A stretch of DNA of 64,000 bases, taken from assembly GCA_022841375.1 (NCBI GenBank), contig JALHRQ010000016.1:2166-66165 (forward strand), given 5' to 3'. Shown piece after piece: positions 45,761 to 52,349 of this stretch. Positions within the stretch are counted from its first letter, which is position 1; every line of letters begins with the position of its first letter. The DNA is from Burkholderiales bacterium. GTDB taxonomy: Bacteria; Pseudomonadota; Gammaproteobacteria; Burkholderiales; SG8-41. The notes beneath the pieces were generated by a model that worked only from the letters and a program-made list of their open reading frames with translations, was not told where the DNA came from and ran no database searches. The position numbers were made by a program, and so were the translations under genes.

Positions 45761-46720
45761 ATGAATAAAATCAATGGCTTATTCACAAGACGCGAGATGT
45801 TGGCGCTGTGCGGAGGTCTGGCCATGGGCACACTGCCCGGCATGACGCTGGCGCAAGCAGCCTCCAAACCGCTGATCGCCCGTGCAATACCAAAGACCAA
45901 AGAAATGCTGCCGGTGATCGGCCTCGGCACCGCGATCATTTTTGATATTCACAACGACGCCGCGCAACGCGCCGAGCGCGCCAAGGTCATCAACTCGTTT
46001 CTCGCCGGCGGCGCGCGATTGATTGACACGGCGCCATCCTACGGTTCTGCCGAGTCTGTGGTCGGTGATCTGCTCGCCGAACTGAAAATACGCGACCAGT
46101 TGTTCCTCGCCACCAAGGTACGTTCCAACGACAACGCCGCATTCGTCGCGCAGATGAAGGAATCGCAACAGCGGCTGCGCACACCGAAGTTTGATTTAAT
46201 GCAGATGCACAACGTCGGCTTCCTCGACCGCGCGATGGTGGCCTCGCAGATCGCCATCGTGCGCGAGTGGAAGCAGCAAGGCGTGTTCCGCTACATCGGC
46301 GTTACCCACTCCCAGGATCAGGAACGCGCCAATGACCGGCTGGTCGAGATCATGCAGCAGGAAAAAATCGATTTCATCCAGGTGAACTATTCACTGGCTG
46401 AACGCAGCGTCGAACAACGCCTGCTCGCCGCCGCAAGCGACACCGGCACCGCTGTGCTGTGCAATCTGCCGTTCGCGCGCAACCGCCTGTTCGGCGCCGT
46501 GCGCGGCAAAACGCTGCCCGACTGGGCCAAAGAATTCGGCGCCGTGACCTGGGGCCAGTTTTTCCTGAAGTATTTGCTGGGCCACACCGCCGTCAATGCG
46601 GTGATTCCCGGCACCGACAAGGTCGAATACATGCTCGACAATCTCGACGCCGGGCGCGGGCAGCTGCCGGATGCGGCAATGCGTAAGCGCATGGCGGCGC
46701 ATATCGATGCGTTGCTCTGA
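45761..46720 (+). CDS. aldo/keto reductase with twin-arginine (Tat) signal peptide
   Basis: 319 aa. FTRREMLALCGGLAMGTLPGMTLAQA is a Tat-type leader. It is followed by LPVIGLGT and an AKR core (DTAPSYGSAE, LFLATK, MQMHN). Confidence 0.82.
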   Translation: MNKINGLFTRREMLALCGGLAMGTLPGMTLAQAASKPLIARAIPKTKEMLPVIGLGTAIIFDIHNDAAQRAERAKVINSFLAGGARLIDTAPSYGSAESVVGDLLAELKIRDQLFLATKVRSNDNAAFVAQMKESQQRLRTPKFDLMQMHNVGFLDRAMVASQIAIVREWKQQGVFRYIGVTHSQDQERANDRLVEIMQQEKIDFIQVNYSLAERSVEQRLLAAASDTGTAVLCNLPFARNRLFGAVRGKTLPDWAKEFGAVTWGQFFLKYLLGHTAVNAVIPGTDKVEYMLDNLDAGRGQLPDAAMRKRMAAHIDALL

Positions 46721-46799
46721 TGGATCGTGAGGGGTCAGGAGGCAGGGGTTAAAAGCGCCGGCACGACGTCACCCATTTCTCACTCCAACCCGTGACGCC

Positions 46800-46841
46800 T
46801 AACTCCTGACCCCTAACTTCTGCCCCCTAACTCCTGCCCCC
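46800..46841. repeat. 3 x 14-bp tandem repeat at a convergent gene junction
   Basis: The three units are TAACTCCTGACCCC, TAACTTCTGCCCCC and TAACTCCTGCCCCC, ending directly at stop 46842-46844. Upstream GGGGTCAGGAG (46731-46741) is the inverted complement of CTCCTGACCCC (46803-46813). Confidence 0.7.
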
Positions 46842-47858
46842 TCACCCCAACCTCACCGGCCGGATCGCCACGCCGTCATCAGTAATGCGGCGGTTCAGCA
46901 GATTGACGCAGGCGGCAACCACCGCCAATGACGGCGTTGGCACCCCGGTCATCTGACCGAGTTCAAGCACTGCATTGATGATGGCATCCATCTCCAGCGT
47001 ACGACCGGCGCGCACGTCCTGCAGCGTCGAAGTCGGCAATGACGCACGCTTGGCCGCATCGGCCACCCGTGCCTCGACGTCGACATCGATTTTGGTGCCC
47101 ACGGCATTGGCCACCGCCATCACTTCGCGCATCATTGCCAACGCCAGCGGCTGCGAGCCGGAAAACTCCGCCACTTCGCGAGCGGTCGACTGCGTAATCG
47201 CGCCCAGCGGGTTCCATACCGCGTTCGACAGCAGCTTGGTCCATTTGACCAGGCGCACATCATTCGACACCTTGCCGGTCCACCCGGCGCGGGTTGCAAC
47301 GTCGGCAATCGCCTGAACGCGCGGCGTCACCGAGTTGTCGATTTCACCGATGACCAGCGCATCGGTTTCGGCATCGGGCAGACGGATATGGCCGGGCGCA
47401 ACGAGGTCCGCCGGTTTCAGCGCGGTGCCGCCGATGATCATCTGCGGCTCGAAAGTACGCATCAGCACGCCATCGGGATCCAGCGTTTTTAATTGCGCGT
47501 CCTTGAATTTCGACGGCACACCCTGGAAATACCACCAGGGAATGCCGTTCTGCGGAAATACCAGCACGCCATCCTTGGCCACAAGGCCGCGCAGATGCTG
47601 CGCGACCGGCGCGATCTGCTGCGATTTCAATGTCACAAAGATGACGTCGTACGGCCCCTTCTCCTCGCCCGGCTTGCACACACGCACCTTGATCGGATCC
47701 GGCATGCCGCTGCGCGGGCCTTCGAGGATCAGACCGCTTGTCGCCATGGCGTCGTACTGCGCGCCCCGCGCCACCAGCGTCACATCCTCGCCGGTGACCG
47801 TCAGCCTGCCGCCAAAAAAACCGCCAATGGCGCCAGCGCCATAAACCAGAATCTTCAT
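46842..47858 (-). CDS. 2-dehydropantoate 2-reductase (ApbA/PanE) family NAD(P)H oxidoreductase
   Basis: This is ORF 46842..47903 trimmed to ATG 47858 (MKILVYGAGAIGGFFGGRLTVTGEDVTLVARG). The family-typical C-terminal domain is present. Confidence 0.8.
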   Translation of the reverse strand: MKILVYGAGAIGGFFGGRLTVTGEDVTLVARGAQYDAMATSGLILEGPRSGMPDPIKVRVCKPGEEKGPYDVIFVTLKSQQIAPVAQHLRGLVAKDGVLVFPQNGIPWWYFQGVPSKFKDAQLKTLDPDGVLMRTFEPQMIIGGTALKPADLVAPGHIRLPDAETDALVIGEIDNSVTPRVQAIADVATRAGWTGKVSNDVRLVKWTKLLSNAVWNPLGAITQSTAREVAEFSGSQPLALAMMREVMAVANAVGTKIDVDVEARVADAAKRASLPTSTLQDVRAGRTLEMDAIINAVLELGQMTGVPTPSLAVVAACVNLLNRRITDDGVAIRPVRLG

Positions 47859-47932
47859 TGTTGTTCCCGTGTTGAATTGCAGAAGCCAATGGCAGATGGC
47901 CATCGACGGTTTATCGTAACCAATTGTTTTTA

Positions 47933-48469
47933 TTAATTAATTTTGTTGCCTGCAGTCAGGCATGCCAGTGCCTTGTCGATGATTGCATCCGCGACTGCAG
48001 CCAGTTCATCCGCGGTACGGTTCTGCACCGGGTGCGGAACATACACCACCGCCGGCTCGAAACCCAGCGCCCGGCTCTGCACCGCCACGGCATCACGAAA
48101 TTCGGTGGTCACGATCGACACCCCGGGAAGTCCGCGCTGATCGAAGGTCATCAGGTCGTGCAGACTGCACGACGTGCATGACCCTCAATCCGACAAGCCG
48201 ATCAATACGACATCGGCTTCATCGACAACCTTGTCGACAATTTCACGCGAGGCGACCTTGGCATTGGTCGGCTTGCCGAAGCGCTTTGATTTGATGCCGC
48301 GTTCGGTCAGGCGCTTTTCGACCTGGTTCAGGAATTCATCGCTGCGCGTCTTGCCGATGTCGAACAGTCCTACAGTCAGTCCGTCGAGCGACTGCGGCGG
48401 CGCGCGCCGCGCGCGCATCACCGCTTCGGTTTCCGCGGTCGGATCTCGCAGCCAGTTCATCGTATTCAT
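47933..48469 (-). CDS. candidate selenoprotein, 178 codons, U-G-S-C-T-S-C motif ('UGSC'-type); in-frame UGA at 48185-48187
   Basis: ORFs 48185..48469 and 47933..48151 are in the same frame. They are separated only by TGA plus 11 sense codons (GSCTSCSLHDL). A SECIS-like hairpin starts 11 nt after the UGA. The downstream fragment has no SD. The start ATG overlaps the upstream stop (ATGA at 48466-48469). Confidence 0.7.
48146..48183 (-). promoter_or_regulatory. bacterial SECIS-like stem-loop downstream of UGA 48185-48187
   Basis: The minus-strand RNA reads UGA-G-GGUCAU-GCAC-GUCGUGCAGUCUGCACGAC-CUG-AUGACC. There is a perfect inverted repeat GUCGUGCA/UGCACGAC around GUC (48155-48173) plus an outer GGUCAU/AUGACC pairing. 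The loop begins about 19-20 nt after the UGA. Confidence 0.6.
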
Positions 48470-49548
48470 TCGGTGATCTCCTTGGTCACGGGTTGCAGTT
48501 CGGTGCGGCTGCGGCCGGCCAGCCAGCCCGGCAGGATCGCCGAGAACAGGCCGGCAGCGCCGCCCGCACGCACCACCATCAGTGCATCTTCATGAAACTT
48601 CGGCACCTGCTCGCCGGCACGGCTCGCGGGTATGCCCTCGCCGACGCCATCCGCACCCGCCACCAGTTCGGCACCGGGGCGTATGGTCGCCTCATACAGC
48701 GCGCGCTCGATGCGTGCGCGATCCCAGCCGGCGTCGCGATAAATTCCGTAATGCTCCGGCGACAGCACGACGATCGCCCGCGCCGACTGCACCAGTTTCG
48801 GGTGGCCGATTTTTACCAGCGACATCGCAAACGATTTGGTCAGCGCTTCCGGCGTGCGTGATTTCTGGTCGACAAACGCTTCCGGGCCATGGCCCTGGAA
48901 CAGCGTGACCGCGGAAGCCCCCGGTTTGATGCCGCGCGCCTGCGCCAGCGGCTGCCACGCAGAATCCGACTCATCTTCGGCAAAACACAGCGTGTATTTG
49001 CTCGGCGCGCCCAGCGTTGATCGATCCACTTCACCGGGGCGGCCGCCGCCGACATTGCGCACAATCAGGTTCAGTGCGCGGCCGATGGTGGCATTGGCGC
49101 GATTGCCCTGGCCCAGCGCATTGATGCCACTGTTCATGCCGATGCGTTTGGCCACAGGGCCATTAACGATAATCACCGGCGACGAGAAATAGGTCGTCGC
49201 CAGCACACCGTGCAGGGTGAACAGCGGCTCCAGCGCCGCCTCAATTGCCGCCAGCAGCACCGGCATGTATTCCGGTTTGCAGCCGGCCATCACCGCATTG
49301 ATAGCGACTTTTTCAATGGTGCATTCGGCGAGATTGGGCGGGATGCGGCCGACGATGTCATCGGGTTTCCACTTCGTGCCTTTCAGCATCGCCATCACCC
49401 GCTGGTCGGTCGGCGGCGTCACCGGCAGGCCGTCGGTCCAGCCGCGCTCGTAGCAGACCTCGACGGGATCGACGTACTCCCCGTATTCCACCTTGCGCGC
49501 CGCCAGCCAGGTCTCGCCTTTATGTTTTGCTTCCAGCCGCTCGGCCAC
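48466..49548 (-). CDS. conserved-looking protein of unknown function (360 aa); possibly the C-terminal part of a Sec-containing fusion with the upstream thioredoxin-fold ORF
   Basis: This is ORF 48466..49548. The only available starts are GTG codons without an SD. It is in frame with ORF 49573..49908 across TGA plus 8 codons. Distinctive segments are CYERGWTDGLPVTPPT and EKVAINAVMAGCKPEYMPV. I recognise no family. Confidence 0.6.
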   Translation of the reverse strand: MAERLEAKHKGETWLAARKVEYGEYVDPVEVCYERGWTDGLPVTPPTDQRVMAMLKGTKWKPDDIVGRIPPNLAECTIEKVAINAVMAGCKPEYMPVLLAAIEAALEPLFTLHGVLATTYFSSPVIIVNGPVAKRIGMNSGINALGQGNRANATIGRALNLIVRNVGGGRPGEVDRSTLGAPSKYTLCFAEDESDSAWQPLAQARGIKPGASAVTLFQGHGPEAFVDQKSRTPEALTKSFAMSLVKIGHPKLVQSARAIVVLSPEHYGIYRDAGWDRARIERALYEATIRPGAELVAGADGVGEGIPASRAGEQVPKFHEDALMVVRAGGAAGLFSAILPGWLAGRSRTELQPVTKEITE

Positions 49549-49560
49549 CCCGGGCTCGAG
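49540..49560 (-). promoter_or_regulatory. hairpin downstream of UGA 49573-49575 (possible second SECIS)
   Basis: The minus-strand RNA reads CUCG-A-GCC-CGGGGU-GGC-CGAG. That is a 7-bp stem with one bulged A and a G-rich 6-nt loop. The stem starts 12 nt after the UGA and the loop about 20 nt after it. An alternative outer pairing is GGUCAC/GUGGCC. Confidence 0.35.
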
Positions 49561-49572
49561 TGAGAGTGACCC

Positions 49573-49908
49573 TCATCCCGGCCGCAGGATGGGCAGATGC
49601 GCACCGAGATCGGCGATGCCGGTCAGCCGCTGCCAGCCGGCACGGTCCCAGCCGACCACACGCTCCACTTCGCGCCCACCCTGGTAGCGGATCAGCGTCG
49701 GCATGGATTCAATATTGTTCGTCCATGACAAATCAAGATTACGGTCATCGACGACACCGGCCACACCCGCAGGAAACTGCGGATCATCCTGTGAAACGAT
49801 ACGGAAATCAGGCCGCTCGCCGGCAACGCGCCGCATTTCATTTTCAATCAGTACACAGGTTTCGCAGGCGCGCTTGGCAAACACCACCAGTCCGTCTTTC
49901 TTCAACAT
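49573..49908 (-). CDS. thioredoxin-fold protein with CxxC (CETC) motif; terminates at, or reads through, UGA 49573-49575
   Basis: 111 aa. LVVFAKRACETCVLIENEM gives the CxxC at the helix N-terminus. MPTLIRY is the cis-Pro region. GGAAGG ribosome-binding site lies upstream of ATG 49908. Confidence 0.65.
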   Translation of the reverse strand: MLKKDGLVVFAKRACETCVLIENEMRRVAGERPDFRIVSQDDPQFPAGVAGVVDDRNLDLSWTNNIESMPTLIRYQGGREVERVVGWDRAGWQRLTGIADLGAHLPILRPG

Positions 49909-49938
49909 GCCTTCCCTTTCCGCTGCGTCCGCTGGTTG

Positions 49939-50886
49939 TCACTGCCTGAATATGCCCGAGGCGACACGCTTGTAATGGGCCGCTGCCTTCCTGAAGTCGC
50001 CCGCGGTTTCAGCAACTTCACCGAGCCAGAACTCCTGCTGCACATTGGTCGCCTGCATCTTCAGCAGCCCTGACACATCATGCCATGGTGAAAGCCGCAG
50101 ATAATCCAGGTACTTGTCTCGGTGTGGCGCCGAGAACCATGCATGCCAGGGTTTTGTTGCGCCGGTGTAATGCAGGATTTTAGGTGAACTGATGCCGCCG
50201 AGTGCGATATCGAGATCACGCTGGTATTCGGTTTTAAGCCGGTCGTAAACCATGTAGTTGTACTCAAGGCTTAGCCAAAGTATCGATTCAACAGGGACGA
50301 TTGCATTCAGGGCGTCCTGTTCGCACAATTTCAAGTCATTACGCGTCGCTGCGTAGGCCAGCACTTTGCCCGCAATATCTTGCTCACGCCAATGCGGCAG
50401 GTTGATCAGCATCAGGCCGGAGTTGAAGTATCCGGGTTTGCCGTTGAACCTGCGCCCGACCGGGTCTGGGCACACTCCGAGCGCCTTGCCAGCCACGGCG
50501 CTCTCAAACAGTCCAGAAACATCACCGTCTATAATCATGTCGGCGTCCAGATACAACGCGACCTGCGCAGTCGCCGGAGTCACTCGTGGGATCAGCAGCC
50601 GGAAATAATTGGCGATGGTAAATCGCCCCTGAACGTCGGCGCCCTCGAGATCCTGCCGATCTTGCGCGGATATCTGGTAAATCGTCACCGGCACGGCAAA
50701 ATTGTCGGACAGCGCATCGAAGCGTTGCCGGTTCTGCTGATCGACTTCGTCGGTAATGACAGTGATCGCCAGACCAGGGGCGCGATTGTTGGCCAGCAGC
50801 GAATAGGCGGTGACGCCCAAATACGGCAGGTAATTCCTGTCCGCGCAAAAAACCACATGGTATCTGGCGTTATTCGCGTTTTGCAT
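49939..50886 (-). CDS. glycosyltransferase family 8 (LPS/lipooligosaccharide glycosyltransferase-like)
   Basis: This is ORF 49939..51000 trimmed to ATG 50886. Sequence features are YHVVFCADRNYLPYLGVTAYSLLANN, the DxD motif in LYLDADMII, and FNSGLMLINL. Its GC content is visibly lower than that of the neighbours. Confidence 0.82.
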   Translation of the reverse strand: MQNANNARYHVVFCADRNYLPYLGVTAYSLLANNRAPGLAITVITDEVDQQNRQRFDALSDNFAVPVTIYQISAQDRQDLEGADVQGRFTIANYFRLLIPRVTPATAQVALYLDADMIIDGDVSGLFESAVAGKALGVCPDPVGRRFNGKPGYFNSGLMLINLPHWREQDIAGKVLAYAATRNDLKLCEQDALNAIVPVESILWLSLEYNYMVYDRLKTEYQRDLDIALGGISSPKILHYTGATKPWHAWFSAPHRDKYLDYLRLSPWHDVSGLLKMQATNVQQEFWLGEVAETAGDFRKAAAHYKRVASGIFRQ

Positions 50887-50963
50887 GGCCAATGTATTCC
50901 GGATCAGCGCTAGGCGAGGATGGCTATGGTGCCATGCAAAGCCGTTGCAGGTAACATAAAGGC

Positions 50964-51311
50964 ATGCAAAAAGATCCGGTGCCCCGGATGGAACCCCCAC
51001 TGCTGTGGACCTGTGTAGGCATGGCCCTGCTCTTTGGCTGCGCGCCGCTGCAATGGTACAAGGCCGGGACAGCGCAGGAAGACATCACCCGCGATCAAAC
51101 GAGCTGCACGGCCACGGCCCGCAACGAAGCCGCCCTGCAACGCGCGCCGATCCGCGCGCCGGCACAGGTCGTCAGCGACCCGCAAGGCCGAATTGTGGCC
51201 ATCAGACCGGCTGCGGCGGACTCGGAACGATTTGCCCTGGAACAGGATCTGATACGTCGCTGCATGCAAAATCTTGGCTACGTCCTGCAACCCCGAACTT
51301 CACCTCCATGA
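50964..51311 (+). CDS. small lipoprotein candidate
   Basis: 115 aa with a lipobox in VGMALLFGCAP. I recognise no family. Confidence 0.45.
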   Translation: MQKDPVPRMEPPLLWTCVGMALLFGCAPLQWYKAGTAQEDITRDQTSCTATARNEAALQRAPIRAPAQVVSDPQGRIVAIRPAAADSERFALEQDLIRRCMQNLGYVLQPRTSPP

Positions 51312-51336
51312 TTCACCCCCATGAGCGCACACCTTC

Positions 51337-52260
51337 ATGACCGAACATTCGCCAAAACGCCGTACCCTTTTACAGGCTGGCGGCGCCGCCGCCGTGCTTT
51401 CATCCATGACTGAATTAAAAGCGGCCCCCGCCAATCTGATCACCCGCGCCATTCCACGCAGCGGGGAACGGCTGCCGGCCATCGGCCTCGGCACCTACCA
51501 GGTATTTGACGTGTCTGGAGCGCAGCTGGCCGGAACGGAACTGCCGGCCGTATTGCGTCGATTCGTCGAACTGGGCGGCGCCGTCATCGACTCCTCACCG
51601 ATGTATGGCAACGCCGAGGCCGCAACCGGCACGCTGTCCGCGTCACTGAAGGTCCGGTCATCGCTGTTCCTTGCCACCAAGGTCTGGACCTCCGGTCGCG
51701 ACGCCGGCATTCGCCAGATGGAAGATTCGCTGCGGCTGCTGCAGACCAAAACCATAGACCTGATGCAGGTGCACAACCTGCTCGACCTCAAAACCCATTT
51801 GCCGGTGCTGCGGGAATGGAAAAAAACCGGGCGCATCCGCTATCTCGGCATCACCCATTATCATGCCGGCGCCCATGCCGAGGTCGAAAAACTGGTCAAA
51901 ACCGGCGACTTCGATTTTCTGCAAATCAACTACTCACTGGACGAACCCGAAGCGGAAGCACGCCTGCTGCCGGCCTGCGCCGCTTCCGGCACCGCGACAT
52001 TGATCAATCGGCCGTTTTCCCAAGCCGGTCTGTTCGGCAAAGTGCGCGGCAAACCGCTGCCGCCGTGGTGCAGCGAACTGGATTGCACCAGCTGGGCGCA
52101 GTTTTTCCTGAAATGGATCATCAGTAACCCTGCAGTCACTTGCGCCATCCCCGGAACCGGTCGGGTCGCGCATATCGAAGACAACATGGCCGCCTGCACC
52201 GGACGGCTGCCGGACGCAGCGCTGCGTAAAAAAATGACCGCTTATTTTTCCGCCCTGTAA
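51337..52260 (+). CDS. aldo/keto reductase with twin-arginine (Tat) signal peptide (paralogue of 45761..46720)
   Basis: 307 aa with the Tat-type leader SPKRRTLLQAGGAAAVLSSMTELKAAPA. It is followed by LPAIGLGT, DSSPMYGNAE, LFLATK and MQVHN. Confidence 0.82.
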   Translation: MTEHSPKRRTLLQAGGAAAVLSSMTELKAAPANLITRAIPRSGERLPAIGLGTYQVFDVSGAQLAGTELPAVLRRFVELGGAVIDSSPMYGNAEAATGTLSASLKVRSSLFLATKVWTSGRDAGIRQMEDSLRLLQTKTIDLMQVHNLLDLKTHLPVLREWKKTGRIRYLGITHYHAGAHAEVEKLVKTGDFDFLQINYSLDEPEAEARLLPACAASGTATLINRPFSQAGLFGKVRGKPLPPWCSELDCTSWAQFFLKWIISNPAVTCAIPGTGRVAHIEDNMAACTGRLPDAALRKKMTAYFSAL

Positions 52261-52349
52261 CGATGGGTGGAAAAGATGCTTCTTCCAGCGCATCTCCTTA
52301 AACTGAAAACAGACTCCGATTACCCGTTTTTTTCCGCACCCCCGCCGAC

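Noticed and set aside
48152-48187. Interpreting the 94-aa + 72-aa split as a pseudogene (nonsense mutation) or as two small genes
   Set aside because: The stop is specifically TGA. The frame is preserved. The 11 bridging codons keep GC-rich third positions and encode the Cys-rich GSCTSC motif. A strong SECIS-like hairpin sits at the expected distance. Selenocysteine decoding is the more economical explanation, though it is unproven.
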